From assembly GCF_009914755.1 (NCBI RefSeq), contig NC_060934.1: DNA of 64,000 nucleotides; one strand, given 5' to 3'. The notes below the pieces were generated by a model. It was not told the origin of the DNA, did not search any database, and worked only from the letters and a program-made list of their open reading frames with translations. Each line of letters opens with the position of its first letter. The first letter of the stretch is position 1. Both the position numbers and the translations under genes were made by a program. Below, one piece after another: positions 12,460 to 28,000 of the stretch. The stretch comes from the human T2T-CHM13v2.0 reference genome, Homo sapiens.

Positions 12460-13435
12460 CGCGCTGGGCTCGGAAAGGTCACCCGCCGCGCAGCTCCGTT
12501 GGCCGAGAGCTGGGACGTGGCGGGCGGCGCTGGCTGTGGGGAACAGCGCCTGTCAGTGAAAAGCGCGGGCAGGCGCTCCGGAGCGGCCCGCCAGGTGGCT
12601 GGCCCCAGACAGAGCGCGGAGGCGGCGGGAGCCGGCTGCCGGACGGGCGGGTGGGTAGGCGGGCGGGGCCGCAGCCAGCGCTACGTTCCGAAGACCCTCG
12701 CCCCCAGGCCTACACACAGCTGTAGAGGCAGCGCCCGGCGCCTGGGCTGCACAGTGGGTGAGGCTTCCCTTCGCCTCAGCCTATCCCAGGCCTCGCTTCC
12801 GGTGACATCATGTCTCCTAGCAACCGCGGGAAGGGGGCGTGGCCGGAAGCCTGGACGCCTGGCGCCCCAGATCTGGGCCTGGGTGAAATGCCTCTCAATC
12901 ACTGGCGCGCACGGAGCAGCTGTACCTGCGCCCACATGGGCTGAGAGACAGGGACGGTTATAGCCATCTCGCGTCCATCTGGAACGCCCCACGTGGACTT
13001 CCCCTGAAATAGCTACTGTCTTCCTCTCCCCTAGCTATCGAACACTAAAAGCATATTTGAAGCCTGATTAATTGATTATGGCTTCCATGCATTTAATTAG
13101 TCCATCAGCAAAGAAGACAGGACAAGTTGAACCAGGTTCTAAAAGGGGCAAATCTAGTAAGTAGAGAGAGGTAGAGCAGAAAAGGAATTGAAACCAAAAC
13201 AAAAAGTATACTTCTAATTATGAATTAAGATTTACAGGCATAATACCATAAAATGACCTGGTAGAATTAACAGTTAATAATGGTGACTCAATCATAGTTG
13301 GAGGAGAAATGTAGTTTATCCACCTTAGCCCACCTCCAGTTGGGGTTCCTTTGAAAACAGACCTCAATTGAGATGTTTCTGTTTTAAAAGACAGGCTAAA
13401 AACCTCCTCTCCCATAACAATGTCTCACCTTCTAG

Positions 13436-13920
<485 letters not shown>

Positions 13921-14479
13921 TAGTTTATTTTTGGTTATATCAGTTTTCTTAAAGTGAACGTCATCTTTACCAAGTCCCTAAATTAGGTTACTGTTTATTC
14001 AATGAACAAAACATCGAAATAAGATGAAATTAATGATCTTAAGCACTACTTTTACATATTATAGTAACATTCATCTTTTCTCCTAATTTGATCATTAGAT
14101 TAAGTGCAATAAAACCTTTGAAACTGGTGCCATATTGCCACAAATCTGGGATTCTTACCCCGATCTTGTAGCAGACAGCCTAGTATTTCCCTTTTGAGTT
14201 TTACCTTTATGTTGTCTGAGAACCTCGGGGACTTACTCCATCTAAAGATAGCCCATCCTCTTTCTAAGGCCATGCTGAAACAGAATTGGATTCTATTAAT
14301 AATACTTCTCATGGACATAAGGTATTACTCAAAAATTCATGCTGCCCAGCTCCAATGACACTTGTCCACCCTGAGATGATCTTCTTGCTTGTCCAGGTTC
14401 CTGCAAAGACCACAGTGATATTCATATTTAGACTTCTAGCTTGGCCTCTTTACCTATTCAGTCATTGTCCCAAAAATTA

Positions 14480-17500
<3,021 letters not shown>

Positions 17501-17589
17501 ACATCTAGTTGTTTTTATCATGGTGCTTATGCAGGTGAGCTGGGAGCATATCAGCTCATGCATAATTTTTTTTATGTCATCATTTTGTA

Positions 17590-17790
17590 GGTTCTGGTAC
17601 TGCCACAGTTCAAGGTGTGGCTATGATCATGTATGGCTGAGATGCATTGGAAGAATATGCCATTGGCAATGAGGAGAGGAGGGAGAATCCAGAGTATTGG
17701 GTGGGTCACTCACATAGAGGTTGATGGGAGTTTTGATCTTGTTGCATGAGAACTTCAACATCATAATGACCACCACTTTCCGGAGAAAAA
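17590..17790 (-). mobile_element. L2 endonuclease-region relic
   Basis: Minus-strand translation INLYVSDPPNTL and, frameshifted, SAIHDHSHTL resemble the L2/CR1 EN motifs FNIHVDDPSNTL and ATHxxGHTLDLV. Confidence 0.55.
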
Positions 17791-18369
17791 GGTGAAAGAA
17801 TACTGGTAATTTAATAGACCAGTAGGACTCAAAGAGGTTTAAATAAACCATCTGGTAGTCTATCCTTCGCTTTTGGGTAAGATCAAATTTAACTATATCA
17901 AACAAAATTGACTATATAACATCGATGTGTTATAGTCAAAGTCCAAATGTCTCCTTAAATCATCATTAGTGGCCTGTTTACCCCATGATTTTAAAAATTC
18001 TGGCCCTCGTTACATCTTAAAATAGTCTCATTGGCTCCTATATGGCTGTTTCTCAAATATATGAGCTTGAAATTCTAAGATACCATTGTTCTTTAATGGA
18101 ACGTTATCTTCACTCAGTAACGTATTTATCCAAACACCATTCACAAACTTACATTGAGTCGACAAAGGTTAGAAAAATATTGTTTTGGCGGAGCACCTCC
18201 TTAGAAAATAATCCCTTTTGTATTGCAGTATTGAATTTTAATCATTTTGAAGGTCTTCATAAATAAATATAGATGCTCTTCATGTTATAAATAATAAATA
18301 TATTTCTAATATGTTGACACTATGGTTTTCACTTCCCTGAATAATGTACTATTTACTTAAATAATCTCC

Positions 18370-18570
18370 TGGTGAAGAGGAGCACAGATTCTAGAGCCAG
18401 ATTGATTACATTTGCACCCCGGCTCTACCACTTAGGGTGATCTCCGAGTTTCAGTTTCCACATCTCTAAAATTAGGATCAGACTACTCCCCAAATCATAA
18501 GGTTCTTGTGGGAATGAAGTGGAATAATTAGTGTCTGGTATATAGTAATTGCTGTTTAAATGTTATTGTC
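18370..18570 (+). mobile_element. MIR SINE
   Basis: MIR core (ggctctaccactt, tcagtttccacatctctaaaat, gtgtctggtatatagtaa). Confidence 0.75.
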
Positions 18571-18667
18571 ATTTTATGGGAAGTCTCCATCTATACTGTA
18601 TTAAGGTTTCTATAAATAACTCTTATCTGTTTTTAAATGTTTAGATGTTGTCTTTAAAAGCATTTGT

Positions 18668-18996
18668 TGCTGGGTGCGGTGGCTCATGCCTGTAATCTCA
18701 GCACTTTGGGAGGCCGAGATGGGCGGATCATGAGATCAGGAGTTCAAGACCAGCCTGGCAAACGTGGTGAAACCCTGTCTCTACTAAAAAAAAAATACAA
18801 AAATTAGTCGGGTGTGGTGGCATGCGCCTGTAGTCCCAGCTACTCAGGAGACTGAGGCAGGAGAATCACTTTAATCTGGGAGGCGGAGGTCGCCGTGAGC
18901 TGAGATCTTGCCATTGCACTCTCCAGCCTGGGTGACAGAGCGAGACCCTGTCTCAAAAAAAAAAAAAAAAACAAAACAAAACAAAAAAAAAAAAAA
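18668..18996 (+). mobile_element. AluS-type element
   Basis: Full dimer with long A/AAAAC tail. Confidence 0.95.
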
Positions 18997-20140
18997 CAGG
19001 CATTTATTATCAAGCTTGGGCTGTAATTGCCTACTTCATCAAAAATGTATCCAATCACTTGTTTGCCCAGGATGGTGGGAGACAAGTTTTGTTTTATTTT
19101 TACCAAAAAATGACTGGTTGTAAAAGTCAATTTAATTTTTTTTTTTTGCTCCAGCTTTATAAAAACATATTATTCATTATTTCCCTGCTAAATTCAGCTT
19201 AAGATTAAACAGTAGATGCTGTATTAAGAGCAGGCACTCAGTTGAACAAAAGGAAGGGAAAATATTCACATGCAGTGATTTAGCCACTAAAGAGTTGGCC
19301 GCTGTCATCATTTTCCTTTGGTTTAGCTCTGTATTTTCAGACAGTGAGGTTTTCTGCTTTCCCCGGACTTTAATGTGTCACAATAAAATCCATGTTAAAA
19401 TTTCTTTCTTCTAACATCTACAGTTCCAGGATTATCATTAATTTTTCAAAGTTGTCTAGTAACTCACTTAAATCTCTTGAACATTTCAAAATTAGTTTTT
19501 GTCCTTGTTCCTTTAACCAACCCAGATATTCTCTTCTACTCTCCTCAATTCAGCCTGAACACAGCAATCATTGCATTTTCCTCATATACAAAGTCTCCAA
19601 TTAGTTTGCAAAAGGAAATTTTTGCAGACCTCTTCATCATCTAGTCTTTCAGGCCTTACAGCTCGATTTTGGCATTCTGCCGCTGAGCCCTAATATTGTT
19701 TGTGATGCCAAATTGGAACACAAGGCAAAACAGTACAAAGTTGCTTTTCACCACGATCAACAGGTCCCAGCAAAGGTCTAGTTTATGTATAGAAATTCCA
19801 TGCCTCATAAATACGTTATTACATTTACTAAAAGGAGGCAGCATTCTTTACAGTACTGAACTAGCAATATGACCAACACAGAAACAAACAGAGATAGATT
19901 AAGGAAAACTTAGTTCCAAATGGTAAGATATGGGAAATTTAAATTTGCTTTCCTAAATATGACTATTGAATCATTCTCATTTTGCTAATCCGTACAGCAA
20001 TCCAGCTTCATCTCTCTCCACTTCTAATATATAAATATGTAATGCTGTATTATTTTTGCTTGTGACAGAAGGGTGTTTAGTGCCAAGACTCCATAATTAA
20101 AGTCTTTTAACTTAAAAAAAATTAAATAATAATAATTTCA

Positions 20141-20152
20141 CCACCAGGGGGC
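20141..20152 (+). promoter_or_regulatory. CTCF core motif CCACCAGGGGGC
   Basis: Exact 12-bp match to the CTCF core consensus in otherwise AT-rich, apparently unique DNA. Confidence 0.6.
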
Positions 20153-20608
20153 AAACAACATTTTTATAGGCCAAGGATATTTTTAACATTCTAAAGGAAT
20201 GATCTTGTGTGAACATATTTTTTGTTGTTGTTGTTACCATTTCAATAGCTTCAAGTTAAAAGACACTAATTCGAACCTAAACCTTTAAATTTAAGGAGAA
20301 ATCATGCTTATAAAAGAGAAAATTGTACAAGTCACCATTAACCTGTTGCTTTTCCATTTACTATAATTTTTAGATGCTTTAAAAAGATTCCCTCCCTTTT
20401 ACCCTTTTCTTTCATATATTTGCACATGAGGCAGAAAAATAGAATTGAACTTTTTTAATGCCTATGTAGCCTTTGTTTGTGGTGGCCTTTACATTGCTTT
20501 TAGTACATAGTATATTGTGGTCACTGGCTTTCTAAGCATGTATTTCAGCTCTGCTTTTTTTGTTAATTTAATATGATTAACTCATATACTTAGATCTCTA
20601 CTTCCTCC

Positions 20609-20917
20609 TTTTTTTTTTTTTTTTTTTTTTTTTTTTGAGACAGGGTCTTGCTCTGTTGCCCAGGCTAGAGTGCAGTGGCGTGATCTTGGCTCATTGCAAA
20701 CTCTGCCACCCGGGTTCAAGCAATTATCCTGCCTCACCCTCCTGAGTAGCTGGGATTACAGGCAGCATACCAACACACCCGGCTAATTTTTGTATCTTTA
20801 GTAGAGACGGGGTTTCAGCATCTTGGCCAGGCTGGTCTTGAACTCCTGACCTCGTGACCCATCCGTCTTAGCCTCCCAAAGTGCTAGGATTACACGTGTG
20901 AGCCACCGCACCCAGCC
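20609..20917 (-). mobile_element. AluS-type element
   Basis: Antisense dimer with long T run; diverged TSD tctacttcctcc/tctacctccttc. Confidence 0.95.
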
Positions 20918-22409
20918 TTCTACCTCCTTCTAAAATTGGATTTTTTGTCTCTTGTTTTGGTTACTGCTTTGCCATTTGTTAATTTTATAACTGTGAAATG
21001 ATAATAACTGGTAAACATATCAAATCACAAATTATCTCTTTTGAGAGCTTGATACACTGAACTTGATAAAGTACCAGAGTTGTGAATAACTAATCCACAA
21101 AAAACAAAATGATCAGTACAATATATTATCAGTAGCAGGCAATGATAAGAATAACTTTGGTGAAAATTTTGGTCCATCATATTCTGAAGTTTAAGGATAT
21201 TTGATTACTTCTGACTTGTAACTTGGTAAAAAATTCTATCAATGGAAGCAAAATAGAGTTTTTAAATCAAGGTATCTGTGGTACAGAAAAACAACCACAT
21301 TTTATTTCTCTTGGCTTAGTTCGTTTTCCCTTTTTCCTGCTCCTAAGTACCCACGGAGACCACATTTCCCTGAATCGATTATAATGATGCCACTATTTCA
21401 AATTAGAGCTGGAGGAGAATGAAGATGTCACAGTGGCCTGGCAAGATCTGCTACTTGTTCTTTCTCTTTACTGCTCTCCCAAGCCTGGTCATTATTTCCA
21501 CTGTCGCCCCCTGGCATTAGGGCTATCACTATGGGCTGCAGAATTGAGTTATTCACCTAAAGATGAAATCCAGGTGAAATCCATTTCTATCCAGATGAAG
21601 TCATACTGAAATAAATGTTGAAAGCAAATATAAGGAGAAAAAGAAGTTGCAAAAGTCAGTGTTAAGGGTTTATTTAGAGGCACACTAAAAAACATTCTAT
21701 GACCTACTGCCTGTTATATTAGCGATGGAGGGGAACTTAGAGATAAAGCGTTATTTTGTTTATTTGTTTGTTGGTTTTCTCTGTTGTTGATTGGGTTTTT
21801 AAAAGATTGTTTTAGCGTGAAATGACAAAATCAGCTTTTTGTCACTGAGTGGGTCCTTAAGCTGTTGCCTAGACACCAATTGCTCAAAGGCTAAACTTTT
21901 CACTCTAGTACATCATATCTTGTTTTAGTGACCCCCGAGCATCTTTTTAATCCTTCTCCATTTCATACAGAAACTAGCCTCAGCCAAGTGACCATTCCCA
22001 CGCTGACTTCCACCAGCTCCTGTGGGTGTACTCTGACAGCACTTTGCCTTGGGGCAAATTTTCTGACCTCTTTTTGATGGCAAATAGTTGTCAATAATAC
22101 GCTACCTGGCATTTTCTTAAAAAGTTTAATTGCACTTACAGAATTTTGCTAAGATAAGAAATATTTTAACAATGAATGACAAAGAAGCTCATACTATAGT
22201 GAGAGCATGGAAACAGATGTTTGAAAGTATTTCCATCATCATAAGATTTTTTTATTTGTCAAAAATGATATATGCCACCAATAAACAATCTCATATTTGG
22301 GTCCCCAACAACTTGTTTAAAATCTTCCCAATGAAGATTTTCAGTAAAATTAAAATCCATTTATTCAAAATATAAGAAATTCTCACTTTTCAACTAGCTT
22401 TCAAAAACA

Positions 22410-22788
22410 ATTTTTAAAATTTTTTTCTTATTTTTAATTTTTGTGGATACATAGTAGGTGTTTATATTTATGGGATACTTGAGATGTTTTGATATGGCAT
22501 GCATATCAACCATGCCATGTGAAATAAACACGTCATGGGGAATGGGGTACCCACCCCTCAAGCCTTTATCCTTTGAGTTACAAACAATCCAATTATACTC
22601 TTTAAGTTATTTTAAAATAGACAATTAAGTTACTATTGACTATAGCCATCCTATTATGCTATCAAATAGTAGGTCTTATTCATTCTTTTTATTTTTTTGG
22701 TACCCGTTAAACATTCCCAACCCACCCCAACACCCCACTACCCTTCCCAGGCTCTGGTAACCATCCTTCTATTCTCTATGTCCATGAG
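22410..22788 (-). mobile_element. L1MA-type 3' end
   Basis: Antisense L1MA 3'UTR (gagttacaaacaatccaattatactc; ctctggtaaccatccttcta); TSD-like aa(a/g)aacaatt. Confidence 0.85.
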
Positions 22789-23188
22789 AAGAACAATTAT
22801 TTGACATCAGGGAGGATGGAAAATAACTAAGCTAAATTTTAGCGAAAACCTTTGCAGGGTTGCTGAACGGAACTGAAAAACGAGTCTATGGCTTAGTGGC
22901 AGAGCCAGCCATACACTTCTTTCACTGGGATCTAGGCCTCTTTGCAAGAAATATTTCTTCCCTACGACAGCCACTAAAACTAGGCATCTAAATAAATTGG
23001 AATTGGACTCAGACCTTTACTTTATCACAAAGTGTTAAATCAGATTTCAAAATTAACACATCATTTTTTAACCATGTCAGTCTTTAAAAAATGATAGTAA
23101 TATTCTTCACTTTTTGGGAAAATCCTGTTTAATGAATACTTTGTAATACAATAATTAGAAGGTTGGTCTTAAGGTTGATTTATTTTAA

Positions 23189-23921
<733 letters not shown>

Positions 23922-23929
23922 TAATATTT

Positions 23930-25020
23930 AATTGAAAAGCCTTGTGTCTTCCCATCACACTAAGAATAAATTCCTGTTCTTTAAAATCCTATATAACCTG
24001 GCCCCTGCCTACCTTCAGCCTTATCTCCTTCCAGCCTTCCTCTCCCTGCACTGGTCTTCCTTAGGAGCACACCAAGCTCATCTGTCTTGGGGCCGTCACA
24101 CTTCCTCTGCTCCAAAGCTCTGCTTCCTGATCTTTGCATGACTGGCTTCTTCCCTTCATTCAGGCCTGCATTTAAATTTCATCACCCTACATAGGCCAAT
24201 CCCAATCACTGCAGGGGCCAAGAGAAAACTTTCTCTTCACCCTCTAAAGGCCCAGCTTCCTGAAAACCAGTGGACAAAAGTCAGATGAATAGGAGAAAAG
24301 GCATGTGCATGGGGGAGAATCACAGAGTGATTAATTCACCATACAATGGGGTATGGATGGTTATATACCCTTCCTCTTAGGGGAAAGGGAGGTGGGGAAG
24401 TGTGAAAGATTTTAGGGGAGTGGCAAATTATTTTTAGGCAAATTCAACAGTCTTGAAGAATATACAGTGGACTGGGACAAAGTCTGTTGGGCCTGCAGAA
24501 CAGACAGTGGTTTGTGACAAGTCTGTCCAGGTGTGTTGACAGACTTCAGTCTTTCTTCGGGCCCTGTGAGTTCAGTTAATGAAATACACTCAGGGAAGGC
24601 AACAGAGGTAATTATTTTCTTTGACAGGCCCAAATTTTAAGCAGATAAGGGAACTTCAGAGAACAGCTTCATCCTTTGCTTTGACAGAGACAACAGATGA
24701 GAGACAGAAGGTGGGGGGATAGTCAGAGAGACCTTGAGGCTTCGTCTTCAGTTCCACATGTCTAAGCACCATATTTTGGGATATCTGTTTCTGAGCCCCA
24801 ACATCACCTAACTTAAAAAAACATCACTACCTTATTAAATCATCTGCATAGCACTTCTCTGCTACCACTTGGTTAATTTCCCTTGTTTATGCATCATTTG
24901 TTTATTGTCTGATTTGCTCACTAGAATGCAAGCTCCATGATAGCAAGGACTTTATCTTGTTCATTCCTCTAACTAGTGATTAGCCTACATTGGGCTTTCA
25001 ATAAATATTATTGAATTTAA
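23930..25020 (+). mobile_element. L2 3' region split by an ERV1 LTR
   Basis: L2-type 3' sequence ending ctagaatgcaagctccatga...tcaataaatatt. Confidence 0.7.
24210..24803 (-). mobile_element. ERV1 solo LTR (MER39B-like)
   Basis: Reverse complement begins TGTTGGGGCTCAGAAAC...CCCAAAATATGG; TG..CA ends; 4-bp TSD TCAC (24206-24209 / 24804-24807). Confidence 0.8.
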
Positions 25021-25945
25021 AAATGAAGACTCCTGTCTCTCTCTCAGAGTTATAACCGACGGTATTATGTCAGATTCCTGCCAGATATATGACTGTATTA
25101 CATCAGATTCCTACAAAAAAACAATCAAGTAAGCTATAGTAAAGTATCCAGCTCTAAGTAAGCTACTACTTCCAAGATGACGTCCATGTTTCACTACCCG
25201 GGGCCAAGTGAAGGACTTGGTAAAGGATGTGATGAATTGACTCACCGGCTGTATTGATGAAAATCATTGGTTACATTGGTAACAAGTCCAAAGTTAACTC
25301 TGACTCCACAGAAACACTGCTTGCAATTACTCATTTTTGATTAGTATGTATTAAACTATTCATGACTCAAAAACAAGTTAGATACTAAGATGGTGCCATA
25401 ATGAATAATATGTCCAAAAGTTCTTCAATCACATAAAAATTCTCATTGCCATCCTGAGTAAATATAGCCAAGAAATTCTGATTTATATTATGTTCTTCTC
25501 AGTTGTGGTAGGACTTGCCACAGATAATTTCTCAAGATTTCCTGCAAGTTCAAGGTCATGCTTTCAACAGACCGAGCAGCAGTATTTTCAGGAAGACAGA
25601 GATATGCAAATGCTATGACAATTTTACGTACTCATTAGAAAAGATTTTTAAGCCCAGCCAGTTCTTTGATTTGGTACACAATTGCATTTCACAGAAACAA
25701 TGTTTTCATTCATATTCAAAAGCATTGTTTGTCAATATTTCAGTTAATGTTATCTTTCATTAGCTTTATCATCACATATCTTAGGTAAGGTCATAGTTGT
25801 AAAAAGTTGTTTCATAATGACCTCTCAAGCTGTATTCTTTTGACACGGAAACATTTTGTTTTAAGTACAGAGGAATAGTCTCATTTCCAAAAGAATAATG
25901 CTTATGCCCATTTTCCTTTTTCCCTGAAACTTAAAGCTTCATGGT

Positions 25946-26097
25946 AGGGTTGTCAGATTTAGCAAATAAAAATACAGGATACCTAATTAAATTGAATGTC
26001 AGATAAGCAACTATTGCATGAGACATACTTATATGAAAAAGTCATTCGTTGTTTATCTGACATTCAGATATAACTGGGTATGTTATCTGGCCACCCT
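25946..26097 (+). mobile_element. MER53 palindromic MITE, internally deleted
   Basis: Termini agggttgtcagat...atctggccaccct; internal tagcaaataaaaatacagga and gacatacttat match MER53. Confidence 0.8.
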
Positions 26098-26649
26098 GGT
26101 CTATCTTCGTTTTTCCCACTTTTGATAGAGACATAGGTTGAAATATACTCAGATGGTTTCCAGGAAGTAACGACATCTTTAATACTTTCTTGTTAGTGAT
26201 CTTTAAATGTTGTCAGCTTTTAAAAATCGAAGTAGGGAACTAATACTTCTGACCAAGATGAATATCGGAAGTCTGAAACACTGAAAAAAAAACTCAGATA
26301 AAATAAATGAAATATCAGTTCTCAAGATGTTGGAAATCAGGCCACCGAAGGATTTCATTATGTCAAACAATTAAACAGCAAATATTGACTCAGCTTTTAC
26401 CATGTCGTAAGTCATTGTATTACAACATGCCACAAACACAAGAAGAGAAAAAAAAGACAATCTCTCAGTCCTTGGAGAATTTACAATTTGGTAGGAAAGA
26501 TAACACGGATACACACAAAAAGATAATAAACAGTACAAGGAAGTAGGTGGTAAGTGCCAAAAGAGTAACACAGATAAGAGGAGGCAGGAGATCAGTTTCA
26601 TCTGTGTCTTTGGAGAAACAGTCAAGCTAAAGGCCTCAAAGGGAGAGAG

Positions 26650-26870
26650 GACAGGAAAGAGAGTATTTCACTAAATGCTTTACATTCATTATTCCATTTA
26701 AGCCTCCCAATAACCCTACAAGGGAGTTATTATTATGATCACCAGTTTCCAGCTGAAAAAAGAATGAGCAGGTCTGAGAAACTTAACTATGGCTACACAG
26801 CTAGTAAGCAGCATCTCCACCTCCACCAGGTCCTCCTGACCCCAGAGCCTAAGCTTTTAACTACTAGTGC
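26650..26870 (-). mobile_element. MIR SINE
   Basis: aatgctttacattcattattccatttaagcctcccaataaccct...acacagctagtaag. Confidence 0.75.
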
Positions 26871-27173
26871 TACCTCTGAGATGAGGGGGGGAGTAGACTG
26901 GAAGCTCTACTGTTACATGAAACTCCTAGAGTTTTGAGTGGGAAAGCAAGATAAAATGACTATTTTAGAAAATGAATTCTTCACACACCATCCCAGACAT
27001 TCTGGATACAAATGTCATTTGATCACATTGGATTGCAAGGAGACTAAAGAGAGTCAAAGATCAGAAACACTGTGAAATCAAAACAAACTGAAATGAGCTG
27101 GTGGTTATTTGCATATATAGGCAAGAGAGAAAGGGAAAAATCAAAGGTAAATGCAAGGCTAAAGATTACAGAT

Positions 27174-27200
<27 letters not shown>
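27174..27200 (+). repeat. (CA)n microsatellite
   Basis: About 13 CA units seen directly. Confidence 0.95.
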
Positions 27201-27204
<4 letters not shown>

Positions 27205-28000
27205 ATTAGAACTAGTAAATTCAGCAAAGTTGCAGGATACAAAATAATCACACGAAAATCAGTTGTGTTTCTATATACTAACAATAAAAAACCTAAAAAG
27301 GAAATTTATAAAACAGCTCTATTTTCAATAGCATCAATAACAATAAAAAATTTAGGAATAAACTTAACCAAGCCAAGGGAAAAGAACTATAAAAACTATA
27401 AAACATTGCTGAAAGAAATGAAAGACAACACTAATAAATGGAAAGACATCCTGTGTTCATGGATTGGAAGACAATATCATGAAGATGTCAATACTATTCA
27501 ATGTGATCTACAGAGGCAATGTAATCCCTATCAAAATCCCACCAGTGATTTTTGCAAAAGGAGAAAAATCCATACTAAAATTCATGTGGAATCTCAAAGG
27601 ACTTCAAATAGCCAAAACAATCTTTAAAAAGAACAGAGTTGGAGGACTCACAATTCCTGATTTCAAAATTTACTACAAAGCTACAGTAATCAAAACAGTG
27701 TGGTACTGGCATAAGGACGGACATATAGACCAATGGAATAAAAGAGAGAAATAACCCTTCTCATATACCTTACAGTATATGAAATAACCCTTCCCATGTA
27801 CCATATTGTCAAATGGTGCCAGAAATAACCCTTCTCATATACCATATGGTCAAATGATATTCCACAAGGGTGCTAAGACCATTCAATGGGAGAAGAACAG
27901 TCTTCAACAAATAGTGCAGGGAAAACTGGATATCTACATGCAAAATCATAAAGTTAACCCCTTCCTTCACATCACATAAAATATTAGCTTAAAATGAATC

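Larger units (their letters stand above)
12050..13000. promoter_or_regulatory. DNAJC1: CpG island / TATA-less promoter and 5'UTR of DNAJC1 (TSS probably within about 12560-12780)
   Basis: Abrupt GC- and CpG-rich block against AT-rich, CpG-poor flanks; GC boxes (GGGCGG at 12645 and 12661); ETS cores CTTCCGG 12796 and CCGGAAG 12843; TGACATCA 12803; X-box-like GTCTCCTAGCAAC 12812; CCACGTGG 12989. Confidence 0.92.

Noticed and set aside
12266-12992. ORFs of 97, 154 and 103 aa overlapping the CpG island
   Set aside because: Stop-poor GC-rich DNA; they start at TTG/GTG rather than ATG, have low-complexity G/A/R/S composition and no recognisable domain.
27748-27856. Spaced direct repeats superficially like a CRISPR array
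   Set aside because: Only three degenerate copies, spacers irregular and partly repeated, inside a human L1, no cas genes.
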